DNA of 64,000 nucleotides from Phoronis australis. Taxonomy: Eukaryota > Animalia > Phoronida. Below, one piece after another: positions 13,382-26,500 of the stretch (positions are counted from its first letter, which is position 1; each line of letters starts with the position of its first letter). Made by a program: the position numbers and the translations under genes. The notes beneath the pieces are model-generated. The model saw only the letters and a list, made by a program, of their open reading frames with translations. It searched no databases and had not been told where the DNA came from. The stretch covers positions 210,564 through 274,563 of the forward strand of contig NMRA01000204.1 of NCBI GenBank assembly GCA_002633005.1. Direction: 5' to 3'.

Positions 13382-14050
13382 CATACGGTAAAGTCGCGTG
13401 ATTTTCGGACGGCCCGCCATTTTCGGCCAAGAATAAATATTTCCGAAATGAGTTTTTCATAGTCCACGAAATTCGTACAAGGTCCAAAAACTGTTTTTAA
13501 TGATCTTCGAACTTCGGACAATGTCATAAACGTCGGATTTTTGCCCCGCGACTTTCGGACAAGGAAAATTTTAGAAACGCTAATTTGGGATCGACGCAAC
13601 TCCCGTGTCACTAAAGCGTTCAACGGATGATTACTACTCTATAAGGCTTGAATCTGAGAATTGGTGTAACGGGCTTTGTAATTTTTACCTTGTCTTGACG
13701 ATGTCATGACCGTTACTCGATTGTCTTGCGTTTAGCTTGTGTTTGGCGCTTTAGCTATGGAAAGAGTCACCGAGTCCCGCATGACGAAAATTTCTGATGA
13801 AAATACAAATGGGAAATACACCGAAGGCTGCAGTTTTTCGTTGTAGCGTAACATGTGCTCTGGTTTAATTAGACCGTGTTGTTCGACTTCGGACTGTGAC
13901 ATTGAACTTGCACGCCTGACATCAACTTGCGTGTTTACGAAACGTTTTTATTTTTAAAACGTCCTGGCCTTTGCAAATGCCCTTGTTAGTGGCTAAAATC
14001 TCCGGCGACGTGTCCCGATTTTATTCTTGACGTGATGAGAAATATTTTTT
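13382..14050. mobile_element. CpG-rich, probably younger DNA-transposon-derived segment
   Basis: Begins TA-CGGTAAAGTCGCGTGATTTTCGGAC (pogo/Tc1-like terminus) with repeated TTTCGGAC motifs; CpG density is well above background; no clear matching right TIR. Confidence 0.35.
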
Positions 14051-15900
14051 GTTTAGGCCCCCATTCACAATAGGCCACAGCTAAGTCTGTCCGTAGGATA
14101 TCGCGCGTTCAAAGTAGTGTAGATAGTGAACAGCAGCAGCCGAATGAGACGGAGCCAAAGTAAAGCTGGTTAAAAATCAAACATAGTGCAAGGCCCAGCA
14201 CTCAGAAAGGGGCGCGGCGCACACGCAATTGTTACAGAGACATTGCATCCCTGTCCTATGTTGTGTAAGCGCCGGTGTGCTATAACACATATCAAAAACT
14301 AATGTACATCCACGTAACCACGTTTCATTACCCTTACAAATTGTCTGTTGCTCTCTGATAAGCATCGCAGATGCAAGAATCTCGTACTGTTGTAATGCTC
14401 CAGAAAGGGTCAACTGGTTGATGGCTCATTAAATTTCCAAAATATTATTTTTCGGTTTTAAAGAGACGTTTTCCAACTTTAGAACTCAGGCAAGATACCA
14501 ACCACTTGCAGGTGTTACCTTCCTAAGCGTTTCACTCATCCAATTACATCTAAGGCCAATGCACCGGAAAGTGTTAAGTTTTCAAAATATTATTTTTCCA
14601 ACTTTTTCAAAGAGTATGAGTGACAGGATGCACCATCAGTACACGTACTAAGGGTGTTAAAACAATAATTGTATATTGCTTGTCACGCGCACAGTCTGTT
14701 TTTGCTATGGTAACGACCTTCTAGTTTCAATTGTGTTGAATCTTATGGGAAATCTCAAATTAAATATGCTGTTAATGTTGGCACACCTCAATTTGCAGAT
14801 TGAATTTGATGGAAAAATTGTCAGTTACCGTATTCAGCTAAAGTTCTGTTTTCTACTGAACCGTATAGCCACGCTGGTTCTAAAAGCATGACGCCTTTTT
14901 CAGCAGTTTTGCTGAATTGACTTCTTTGTGGTAATTAAGACTCGTTAGGTATTTCGTGATTATACCTCGAAGCAGTGAAATTAAAGTAGATTGAAGTAAG
15001 CGTCTTTTGTTCTCATGCACTTATTGTATCTGTTGGTAACCAACTAAAACTGCACCAGTCCAATGTCCTTCCTAAATATTTATTTTGTTCTATTTAAAAA
15101 AACTGCTGTTTACCCTGTTGAACTATCTCGAAAATGAAAATCAAACTTTTGATGCCTGTACTCTCCTCAAATCTGTCACATAATATTCTTCACTGTAATA
15201 GGATTCCATTTCCGTTATTAACTCAATCCACGGGCAATGCATGCACGCGCCATTTTCAAATTCCGTTGCTTTAGGGTTGGCTAACTCAAATAAAGCGTGA
15301 AATTTTTCTTGTGTTGTTGATGGTTTCAATTTTCTTTTGGGGACAGAAACAGAAATGTATCGTGATGGTGAGAAATGTTCTGTTGCCAGTTTTATGTAAG
15401 TAAACAGCATGATTGGATTTTTGTTTCTTAGCCAGTTTAACTAGTGAGTAAAATGCAGATTTCTCCTTGACACAAATATGGTGTATTAACTAAAAGGTTT
15501 ACAATGCAGTACACCAAGGGCACATTACTAAAACATAAACTGTGATTATTAAGCATGCATCTTGCCTAGCCTACCATTTACCTGAGTGTATAGATCAGTC
15601 ATCAGAGTTCACACTCTGTGAATGAAATTACCTGTCACTTGGCCAGTAAATATCCACTTGATTAGTAGCAGGATAAGCCGTGAATAAGATTCCAAGCTAT
15701 GGACAGTCTGTTAGTATTCCATGGATTTTGTGCAGGATTTGAAAAGTTGAGTATTGGATTTCACAGGATTCAACAAACATCAAACAAAGCAAAATGAAGA
15801 GACATGCTTCAATTGTTTCAGAGCTGTCAGAAAATTTATTGATTTTTATCCACAACAAACGGATTTCGCACTAACTGAGCTTATTTTAATTCGCTAGCAG

Positions 15901-15938
15901 GCATCATTGATGGACGATTTCTTGTCTGTTGACATCAG
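15901..15938 (+). other. Candidate 38-nt exon
   Basis: TTATTTTAATTCGCTAGCAG acceptor and CAG|GTAAGA donor; one open frame, ASLMDDFLSVDI; no partner exon identified. Confidence 0.3.
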
Positions 15939-17059
15939 GTAAGACCCATTGACTCTTCCTCCGTTTTTGGTAGTAATCAAAGGTTTTTATCTGTAAAAAC
16001 TGTCCTGATGCTTTTGCCTCATATGATGTTTGAAACTGGATATTGCGCTGGCTTTTGACTAACTGGTGTTTAGTGTATTAAAATCAGTGATGTCACACAG
16101 ACTTGGATAGCATCCCTTGAGTTTTTGTCACTACTGAAATGATTTCTGAATAATTGGAATATTGCGCTATAATGTGTTTATGAATATGAGAACGAACAAC
16201 TTGAAATACGCAAACAAACCCATGTTAAAGCTACATTTTGCCTTCAAAATCAAATTCGGCCTTTTTCCCCTCATAAATTTTGTCTCGTAGTAGTTCTTAA
16301 CACGATAAGATTCCATTTCCGTGATTCATTGGTGTTAATGGGCAACCTTCAAATTACAGTATCGGCAATCAGGTGCACGAACACGTCGCCTGTGACTTGA
16401 TATTGCCTACACAGTTGACAATAATGCTAGAATATAGTGATTTGATTGAGCTTTAGGTGACAATTGTGAGACTTCCCATGGTCTAATCTTTGTTCTTGAA
16501 TTATTTTTGACATTTTTCATTCTACCTTTACTACAATGTCACGTAGGTTTTTATTGTGTTCGACCATTTTATGGTTCTCTCAAAGAACTGTCATATAGTT
16601 CAACTTTGAACTTGATTACTCCTAAATTTCAGCCTCTAAGTCGAGTAACTAAAAATTTCGATTTCAGACTCAAACTGTTACCCTTAATATAGGGGTCATC
16701 GAGTAAAACTAGGATTAGACAGTTATCGTATTGTAAGCCATTCTGTATTCAAGCATAAATAATAGACTCTCACTTGTTAATTAAGACAGAAAATGCCAGA
16801 ATAATTTTGAGTTCGATCTGGAGTAAAAATGTTAGACTGCGGCTCTAGGTTTGAACGTCAGTGAAGTATTACAACTTCAAGAAAAAATTGTGTAACGTAA
16901 TTTGAAATGACATCATAGCAGTCAGTATTGTGTTTTTAAAATATCCCTTAAATATTGGCTTTTAACTCAATACTCTGTCCAAATCGTATAATAAGATGGT
17001 TTAGTGTTTGTAAAATACATATGTAACCTGTGATAATGTTTCGAACTTATTGATCAGGC

Positions 17060-17530
17060 GTAGGTTCAGTAACACTAGGACTTGGCTACAATCTAGCCAA
17101 AGTCACGTGTTTTCATTTAAAATACACGGCAGTATCTCACATAATGTCGCAGTCTTGCTTTTCAGCAAAGTCCTAGCGTTACTGAATGAGAAGCAGGTCA
17201 GGGGCATTCCCTACGCATATGTTGTTCCTCTGAATTCCACTGAGAATAGGTGATGAGTGAAAGCTTATGAGACCATTGACTTTTTGAAGGCATTTTTATA
17301 CACCTACACAGGTATCAGTATAGTTCAGTAGTAGCCCTTCGTTTACACAAACTTCGTTAAAGACACGACTAGACTTTTTGTTAGTGAGCTTGATACTGGT
17401 ATGTTCGTATTTTCGGAACAGTCTCCTTTCTTCTGGTGTGCAGGTACGAAGTAAAAGACCGTGAGACATAACAAACAAACAAATAAAAACAGTAGCTATA
17501 TTTCGTGACTTCATGTCACGTCATCATGAA
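17060..17530 (-). mobile_element. Penelope-like element (PLE) 5' fragment
   Basis: ATG at 17469 opens MSHGLLLRTCTPEERRLFRKYEHTSIKLTNKKSSRVFNEVCVNEGLLLNYT, which resembles PLE ORF N-termini (RKYE..K..S..FN..C..EGLLP.YT). A hammerhead motif lies just upstream; 17060-17200 is homologous to 31880-32030. Confidence 0.65.
17495..17528 (-). ncRNA. Minimal PLE-type hammerhead ribozyme (core mutated)
   Basis: Minus strand reads ca-TGATGA-c-GTGAC-atgaa-GTCAC-GAAA-TATA-gct: perfect 5-bp stem II and palindromic loopless stem III. C3 is replaced or offset by A and stem I is weak. Confidence 0.6.
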
Positions 17531-17689
17531 ATGAGTGGAATGAACATATACAGAGCGAAATACGCGTGACAGCGGGAAGAGGGGCATACAAGCAGAGAGT
17601 GTGAATGTGACACACAGTGGGAAGCCTGCAACCCTATCGAAACAGAGCCAGCCTGCGATACACATAGGTATTATGTAATCACTTGTGAC

Positions 17690-18240
17690 AGTCATCTCCG
17701 GAGTTTGCGGCTGTGTCTTCTAAACCCCTTCTAGAATCTTTATGAAATCTGGCAAATTTACTCCTATGAATGCCGGGCAACAATTGTCAACCACATTCGG
17801 ATGGAGTGGACTACCCCCTATTGGCAATTTTCTTTTTTACATTTGTCGCTGTATCCTTCGACAACAAATTTCCATTTTCTATTATAAGGAGGTGATGACG
17901 CCTTCTTATTTTCAGAAGGATTCGATGTATTGTTGTCATTTTTGTAATTCTTTGGTGTCCTCTCTATCCCTCAAATCAGGATTATCATGAAAATTTTCAT
18001 AGGTGCTGAGAAAATCTAACTGATAACGATGATCTTCATGGAGGTCCCCTCCCTATTACCATTTATGCTTGTGTCTCAAAACCTCCCAAGTTCCTTGATA
18101 GATCCTCATGAAATTTGTTATTTGTTCCTATTGAGGAGAGTGCAACTGATTTGGATTTTTGTGAGCATAACTGACTTGCTTTGCTTTCTTTAGGGGCTAT
18201 TATAAGTTTACTAGTATTGCTCCCTCTAGTGGGAATCTTC
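17690..18240 (+). mobile_element. HINE family fragment
   Basis: GGCTGTGTCTTCTAAACCCC..TTATGAAATCTGGCA..CCCCCTATTGGCAATTTT and TGCTCCCTCTAGTGG units. Confidence 0.6.
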
Positions 18241-19813
18241 CCTCATATCTGTACTGTATGCAATGTAAACTGGTGGCATATCAACTCTCTGAAATAACTC
18301 TTATAATTCAATTTAGAATATTTTACTTCTTAGTATCAAAGATGCATTACAACAGTCATTTTTTAATAAAATGAAACGTTTGAATAAGAGTGCCGAGAAA
18401 TCTGATGTAGTGAGCAAGTTCCACTCGCAGTTTCACGTTTCCAGTTATTTTTATTAATGAAAATTGAAAAAAGGCTCATAATACCTTTCAGAGAAAGTAT
18501 GTTATACCACACTGACCAAAAACCCTTTCATGAAAGATAAAATTGCCAGCTCCCAGACGGAGTCTAAACTCTCACCTCAGATTGCTATCTTAGTCTAGAA
18601 TTGCAATTGTCAACACTCCACTATGTTATTGCTGAACACAGAACTTAACTGGCAGGTTGTCCTGTATTGTAAAACATTAGAAGCTTCGGACTCCAATGAT
18701 TGTCAAAATTGATTTTTTGCCCGTTTTCACTAAAAACTTCTAACATTGTTATGATGGACCATTATAAACTCTGATTTACTGTGTGCCCGCATGGAGTCTG
18801 GGGCAGCTATGGTATATTAGCTTAAAATTATAGCTATCAGTTTTGTGGGATTTTTATCCCTTGGTACTTATTGTCCATTCCAATTTGATAATCCACATTG
18901 GTGTCGAATGACCCAGGTGGGCTGTCTATACCCCTGAAAATCATCGGAAATGTTGTGAAACACAAACTTAGGATATAAAGCAAATGCAGCTCATTTTTAA
19001 TCATTGTATATTCAAACACTAAAGTGACAACACGGACACATCAGCAATTATAACATAATGGGTGTTCTGTTTGATATCAAGTTATTAGTAACCAGTTTTA
19101 ATCCAAAAGCTAATTAAAGACTAGCATTTACAAGTTGAATTGTTCAGCATTGCATATGTTGCAGATGAGATAGTATTAGTGAGTGAAGGAATCATGTATT
19201 CTTTAGCTTTTAAAGAGTTTTTCGTGTTTTTTGTGTTTTCAAAATCCAGCGATTGTGTAACAGAACAAGGCATGAATTGTGCTGTTATTGTGGCTCCTTA
19301 TGGCCATTTAATTCCTGTTACTGCATTTCTTGAACCATTTAGTGCACTGTGTGATAGATGATGAACTTTTATTTGAAGTTTCTCAGCAAAATTTAACATT
19401 TATCACTTCATGTGTGACCTCTATGATATTGTATAAATGTCTTGAACTACTCCAGTAAATAAACAAGCCGGTTGCAACAGGCATGACTGTGCTTTAATTT
19501 CACTGCTCGTACTCAGCAAGTCTGCTACGCTGTTTGAGGAATTTTTCAAATGTTATTAAGTTTTTGTTAGCTATGACAGTTTTCCCCGTAAGTGTTTCAC
19601 TTCCAAAGCATTCTTTTCTAATGCTGTGGTATTAAGTGAAACACGGACCGACATGGTGTCCTGGTGTTTCATTTTCCATCCAGCATTTCGGCCAGCATGA
19701 TTCTGTTGCTTGACCTGTTGTTTACTTAATATGTTTTTGCAGGTTACATTAATCGGTTATCACCTGCATAATATCAACTACAGTTGACACCTTGTCAGAC
19801 CTAAAAGCTTGGT

Positions 19814-21040
19814 TAAGTAAGTAAGTAAGTAATTTTTTATTGTAGTGACATGTGATTCAAATGAATTTAAACAATGAATACGTTACAAAGACTAGGAACA
19901 CCCAGCCCTCCACGGGGCTTATAAGTCACTTTAGATACATGATACAAAAAAGAAAAGACAAGTGTACGCGCATTGCAAGAGGACCAGAAAGAGAAGGCCG
20001 AGATAAAAGTGATCATAAATGAATATAATTTTTCCTTACTTCAAAAGTATTTTTGATGAAAACTGAAGTTTTCCTAATAACATCTTTTTGCATGATTGTG
20101 ATTAATTTACTTTCACAGCTTTCTGCACGGAAACGTGGATATTTAATCTCAACTTGACAATAAAAGGTGTTTCTGGCATCTAAGAATAACGGACACTCAA
20201 ACAGAAAATGTAGTTCAGTTTCGACCTGACCAGTGTGACAAAGACAGCAAATTCTGTCATCAAAATCTAGAGAACGAAAACGCCCAACCTCAACCAATAG
20301 CTGTAGGGTTCCGGTTCTAATTTGAGCAAGAATTGACCTACTAGGCCGAGTTAAGTCTAGATGCACGTAAGGCTCAACTTCAAAGACATTCTTCATCAAA
20401 ACATAGGTTCTTAACTTTGGTTTCGAACGGCTTTCAAACAACCACCTATCACAGGCTAAATCATGTAAAATATTCTTACAGTGAGACAGATTACCTGAAC
20501 GTAAGTTATGAAAACAATCCGAAATCCCTAATTCTTCAAAAATGCTCAAGACTTCAGAAGACCAATTATTAGTACAAGTAGTGTAGTCCCACCAAAATAT
20601 TCGGTATGTTAGTCTATCATCCTCGAAATTAATAATACGATTCCACATTCTCAAAAGCTCAATTTTCCGCCTAACACTGGGGAATTCCCACCCCATGTCA
20701 CCCATAACAGGATGATTAGGAGCGAATTTGTGAACACCCAAGAAAAATCGCGCGGCTCTATTCTGAATGACATCATAATCCTGTAGACTAGAGCCGCCTC
20801 AGACACCTACGCAATAATCTCTAACAGGCACAACACGAGCATTGAATAATGTAGTGAACGTTCTGTACCTCATATTTTTATNACGCGCGGGTCCTTCTCT
20901 GACCCCTTTGGGATAGGCATAATAACGGATTTAGCCCATAAACTAGGAACCATAGCGTAACGAAAAACCATTTGGAACAAATAAGTCAAAAGGTCAATAG
21001 CGTTATCATTTTTACATACTTCATAACAAATATAAGTAAG
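19814..21040 (-). mobile_element. RTE-X-like non-LTR retrotransposon, 5'-truncated, RT core missing at the N join
   Basis: Pre-RT motif KNDNAIDLLTYLFQMVFRYAMVPSLWAKSVIMPIPKG..DPR, then N at 20882, then the C-terminal region. 3' UTR stem-loop at 19904-19919, AATAAA and (TTAC)n tail; TAAGTAAG target-site duplication at 19814-19821 and 21033-21040. Confidence 0.85.
20013..20741 (-). CDS. C-terminal part of LINE ORF2 (post-RT region with CCHC-type zinc knuckle)
   Basis: 242 uninterrupted codons: GDMGW, KPKLRTY, LAQIRTG.LQL.VEVGR, RICCLC..VETELHFLFECP. This is an internal fragment, not a real start. Confidence 0.85.
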   Translation of the reverse strand: MGVHKFAPNHPVMGDMGWEFPSVRRKIELLRMWNRIINFEDDRLTYRIFWWDYTTCTNNWSSEVLSIFEELGISDCFHNLRSGNLSHCKNILHDLACDRWLFESRSKPKLRTYVLMKNVFEVEPYVHLDLTRPSRSILAQIRTGTLQLLVEVGRFRSLDFDDRICCLCHTGQVETELHFLFECPLFLDARNTFYCQVEIKYPRFRAESCESKLITIMQKDVIRKTSVFIKNTFEVRKNYIHL

Positions 21041-21375
21041 ACTTAAATGAGTTTCCCACCTCACCACCTTTTTTGTTCTTCTACAGTCACTTCTGTTAGT
21101 CCAAGATGTTTTCAAAAATTTTAATGACCAATCCCTTATTCCTAAACGGCAGGAGGCAGAAGGTACTGGCAATTTTGGTTCAGGTCCTTGAAATTCAAGT
21201 TCTGAATCAAGTTTGACTAATTAATCAGCTGCCTCATTACGCTGAATGTCACGGCGTCCAGGCCTCCAGGCCACTGTGATACAATTAGGTGTTCCTAAAT
21301 TATTTACGTGATACATTGCTGAACAATGTGTGACTTCAAAAATTGTTTTTAAGGCTTTAATAGCTGCCTGCAATT

Positions 21376-21833
21376 GACAGCGTTTTTCCGTTCAGTGACT
21401 TTACCAGAGGTAAAGGATTGTGAGGGCGTGATAACATCTAGCTTCTTTGTTAACTGCCAAGCACCGTCAGTCTTTTGTCTGGTATGACAACAGGCAGGCC
21501 AATTATCTACCAGGCTTATTACAGACCACATGTGAACAGGACCAAACCCAGAGCGAATTGGTAAATTTGGAAAGAATAGATTGCTTTAACTTCAGTTGTA
21601 ATTGGGCAATTTTGGCAATTCAAAAATTAAACATGAACACCTCTTGAAGATTTCATAAATGCTATTGGTTTATGTTCAAATATGTTATAACATAACTTTT
21701 ATTTTAGGAGCCCTGCTGAAGTCAGGGTAGATGGGATCTTATTGGAGATTAGACCAATTATCGAACAAAAGAGAGCTGGCCCTTCAGCCATAAATGCCAG
21801 AATACAAAATGAGAGCAACGGGGAAAACGCCGT
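21376..21833. mobile_element. TIR non-autonomous DNA transposon (ACGGCG-ended), copy 2
   Basis: GACAGCGTTTTTCCGTT...AACGGGGAAAACGCCGT; shares blocks such as GGATCTTATTGGAGATTAGA and CAATTATCGAACAAAAGAGAGCTGGCCCT with 5470-5953. Confidence 0.75.
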
Positions 21834-22924
21834 AATGGACTATCTGACAGGATAGCTGCAGATGTATTTTGAATTCCCTTTTCGAGCATTTATTCTGCAA
21901 CTATAGAAACTACAAAGGCCTCTGCTTGGGAAACAGATAAAGAGATTTTGCAGTAAGGCGGTATATCAGTCGGGTATTCAATACGAAAACCTGCACCAAC
22001 CTGTTCATTTATTTTTAACCATCATGATGTGCTTTGATGGCAGCTTACACCAATTTCCTTTTATATTCTATAGCACCATTTCTGTTTAGAATAACACATC
22101 CCACAGGAAACTAGAACGCACACTCCTCACATAGATATCGGTAATAGGCGTATCCATTGTTCACTGTGTTTTTCTTATAATAAAGATAATGGTAAGCATT
22201 TATTGGTAACCAGCTGATGTGCTCCCAAGGTACAATATCCGTTCGACCCGATTTCTTACATCCAACAAGTATGCAACAAAGTAAAACAATGGTAGTGTTC
22301 CATAGGCGATAACCATGCGAGGCGCTTACGCCCGTCGCCTGAATGGCACACGTTAAGCAATAGCTTGCGGCAACTTCCATACGACATCATTTGGCATGGG
22401 ATTCAGTGAGTTCGCATGCACAGCAATACAAGTGCATTTCTAGCACTGTTAAACATATCAAAGCTGTAAGGTTCACTTGTTTCAGTTGTATCAAAATATT
22501 TAAGGCAGTATTAATCAGACAGCACTAAATACTGTTGCCAAAAGAATTATTCTGAAATGTCACTTAAGGTTATGATACGGACCTGATTGACATATCTGTA
22601 TATTTAGCTAAATATTTAGAAAAGTATAGATTTTAACTTTATGTTAATAAAGGTATGTATTTCTGAAGGAAATCTGTAGACTTTGGTTTTTCTCAGTGAC
22701 CATTTTCCTTTTAGTAAAATTTAGCTAAAACAAAGGTGTATTGATAGCAAAACAACAGTATCAATAACATGATCAAATTTGATTTGATATGAATGTTCAA
22801 GATGAGATCTTAAAAATGCTATTGCAGTTTTCTACAATATTATTTCGTTTTCCTCCGATGTAGATTTGAAGTTTTTTGCGAAGTCGTGACAGCCACTCAT
22901 ACAAAAGCGGAACACTTTAATAGC

Positions 22925-23300
22925 AATTCCTTGCAGCATTTCAGAGAACATTGTATAAAGGGTCATGGTAACTGACAATCCCAGCTGTTTCTGAAATGTG
23001 ACATTCTGAAGTTAGCCAAATTTGGACATAGTTTCTAGAGTCCTACATAACCTTGAAGTGGCGATAAACGGTCTTCCAGCACCAAAAAACGGACACCCAA
23101 GGTTGTGCCACTGGTATGAAATTATTCCTTTGTCAACTGAAGATGATTTCAGGGCTTTGAAAGAGCTGACAGTTTGCCATTGCTCGAGTCCAAGCTCTAC
23201 AAGAATGCTTGTCACAGTGTGTCATTTTGTATGTGCTGGGCATGGTCTCAACTGACAAGCTGTTCTTTGCAAAAGCAAAAATCGCATGTCATGTGAGTAG
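22925..23300 (+). pseudogene. Decayed Cys-rich (CXC-like) C-terminus of a large DNA-transposon protein, possibly Academ-type
   Basis: Fragments FREHCIKGH..QIW..LPAP..HW.EIIPL..LKELTVCHC..VCAGHGLN*..LCK follow the H..RA..Q..IW / P..GW / C.C..C..GL.C pattern, with stops and frameshifts. Confidence 0.4.
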
Positions 23301-26300
23301 GGAACAAGTTGAAGCTAAGTTCCCATGAGGTAGGAGTTGTAAATTAAAAGTTTGCTTCTTGGTGCTGATACTGAGCCCCAGGTCATATATTTTGAAATTA
23401 CCGAGCCTGTTTTCAGAAAATGTGCCTGCTTATACATGGATTGAGGACCAATAAGTTACCTTGTAGATAAGCCATAACATGTACATTTTGGAATAAACTG
23501 TTTCTCATAAAGCCAGTTATTTTTTGTTTGGCTCTCAATGACACTGCCTGTGTTGAAAACTAAGCAACTGAGATTTTAATTACAACTCTGAAAGTATGCC
23601 CTTGAGCCTATGTTGGAAACTTCCCTATTTTGGCCAATGGGAGTTTATTTTGGTGCCAATGTTTGTGGAAATCTGAGTAGAATTTACATAAATTAGATTT
23701 AACTAGATCAACAAATTTTATTTGTGTGAATCGAAATCTGACTTTTCTGCAGGGACTGGTGAATGAACTAGAACATTCTTACAATGGAATGTTTTGAGAA
23801 TTGTCAGTGAAGATCTGTGCCATCCGGAGCACCTCAGTATTAACGTCAGCCTCAAGTTATCCCTCGGAGGTGGTTCATATATATATGCAGATGTGTGAAC
23901 TTCAATCATTATGGGAAATAATGCTACTTTCACAATGAGTAATGCGAGAGAAGGCGATGGGATTTCCCATGTGTTAAAAGCCCGGATTGGCTCCAAAAAT
24001 GAGTAGGGGTCTGCTACTTGAATGTCAAAATCCAGACTGATGCAATACCCTTGGCAGATGACAAAATACCAAACCTGAGACAACGCTAAATGATGAAAGG
24101 CTCTCCCTGCGACAATACCAAGACTAAAATACCTAACCGAGACCATTACTTTTCGCTGTCAACACCTTTTTAACAGAGTGTTTTTGACAGCAAAAACCAT
24201 AGAAGTTCGGGTTGACGTCCATGCTCACTTAAGCGCCCATTCCCAACTTTTGGTGGATTTGCGATTTAAGCGCCCACATCTAAACCACCCACTCCCCGAA
24301 TTTTTTGGTTTGCCAGTGTGACCTCCCTGGGCGCTAATCCAAACGTTTATGGTAGGTCAGTCCAAATACGCAACTGCCATTATATTACACAAAGTACTTG
24401 AATGGATACAATGATTTAACTCCGAGTGATCTTCATAGGAGTTGTACGGAAAAGTGTCTGCCTGACATTCTTAGCACTTGTGGTTGGTCCTTGGTTTCTT
24501 GCAAATTTATTTCTATGATAACAAATTCTAGGTAAAAATATTGATGCAACTATTTCACTTATTTCACCCACCTGAGACCATACCTGGAAGTATCCCAGAT
24601 ACCTACCCGCGGCAATTTGTCAAGCCAAATTACCCACCTGAGAACATACCTCAGAGTGGACCAAGTACCACAGAGCCCGAGTTGGTGGCACATCCCGCAC
24701 CCCTGTAACCCCGGGGTGAACAGGCTTTAACAAGGTTAACAGACCATCAAGAGGCAGGCTAAGGTTTTAGAATGACAGTCAAGTATGACCTGAGATCTGT
24801 GTGGCATGGTTTTAGCCATCTCTTTCACCAAATCTTTTGCTGTTGTGATTGAAGTTAGGTCATGGACAGGTATGAAACACTTCCAAGGGATAGTTTGAGG
24901 CTATAAAAATACCTAGGGACTCACTGTTCTGGATCCCTGTGTGTGACTTGTCTGATCGTTTGATTGTTTCTAGTAGTTGTGAATGATCTGTCATCAAGCT
25001 ACAGGTGTGGCTGAACTGGTATGTTCAAATCAGGAGCTCATTACCTGCTATTCATCCAGGGCTTGTAGAAAAGCTCAGTGCTTTATGATTTCATTCGAAG
25101 TCCAGCTGAGCTCATACCAGCTGCCTGGAGTTGATACATATTTTATAGCATTATAATGACAAAGAGAAGACAGTTTTAATTAATCTTATTAATCAATAAA
25201 CGTTTGGAAACAGCGTTTGTGCTAACTACTGAACATGCAATCAAATCACTATTTCTGAAATACATTTGTATCATTGATCTACACATTTCTCATGGCTATA
25301 GTAGGATGTCATGTAGCTTCACGGTCCCTGCCTTGAACATTCATGTGTGTTCATAAACTGGTTTAGAAAAAAAAAAACGCACTAGCAGTTAAAAGTTGAT
25401 ATATATACCATGTCCTGATGTCAAAAACAACTTTTAAAATTTTAAAATCTGAAAGCCCATATATTTTTTACTTCTTGTAAAGAAAATGGAAATCAAGAAA
25501 TTCTAGGTTGATGTTAGTTCCTTGCTTTGTTATTGCATAGAGCCAAGGGTTCTTGTGCCTTTGCCTGTCAAAAAGGACGAATATGCATCAGATGAGTTTT
25601 TAGGTAATAGTTAGGGATACTAAATGCACTGTAGAATGCAAAAATGGCTGTCATTTGCTTTCTCTGTGTTTGCGTCCAGATGTGGGGGTTCAGGGGGTGA
25701 GACATTTTGGGGGTTGGGGTTACCACAGCCTTGAGATGATCTAGCGCAAATGACCAACCAGACAAAAATTAACTTGAACTCGCTGCTGATGTTATCATTC
25801 AGTAGATAATCAGAACCATCATAAACACACCATATTTTTTTAAAGTTTTTGCTTTAAAAGTTTGTAAATAACATATTTAAATAGTTTGTGAAAATTGGAC
25901 AAGAAATGAGATTTTTGCACCCTACAGCAGTAGCAATGTTGTGATATTTTGCTTCTCATTAATTATGATGGGTGTGTAACATACCTCGGCCAATTACCAA
26001 ACCAGAAGACAGCAGTTATACTTGGAGGTAAGCCAAGTGCCATGGTGCAATTCTTGGCATGTCAGGTTTAATTCAAATTGCAACTGTCTGTCCTATAGAG
26101 AAGGAACCGAATCACCATCTGTGTGCTTGTAGAATTTAGTTATAGGGGTACTCTTCTCTCACTACATATCCACGGACCATTATTTTTTTGTCACTTCTAC
26201 CAGTGCCTTGGGATCTGTCGCATGGATGCAGATCTCATGAGATGGGGGTGGAGTTGCCCTAGAGGGATCTTGTGACGGGGGAAACTCACTGGCCATTTGC

Positions 26301-26500
26301 GGGCTCTGTATTGGTCACCTTCGCTTTAAATAGATTGTCATCAGGTAGTAAGTGAATTTTATAATATTTATGTTTGTGGCTGCTCTACTGAAATGCCTGC
26401 TTCCATATATTCAGCTGATTGAGTCTGCCAAAATCGTGTTAATCCTCTTGCGCATGTGCAAGGTTACAAGCAGCCTCTGAGGTAATGTCCTTGCACTCAC

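Noticed and set aside
22071-22081. miR-29-like TAGCACCATTT
   Set aside because: Match stops after 11 nt and I saw no precursor hairpin.
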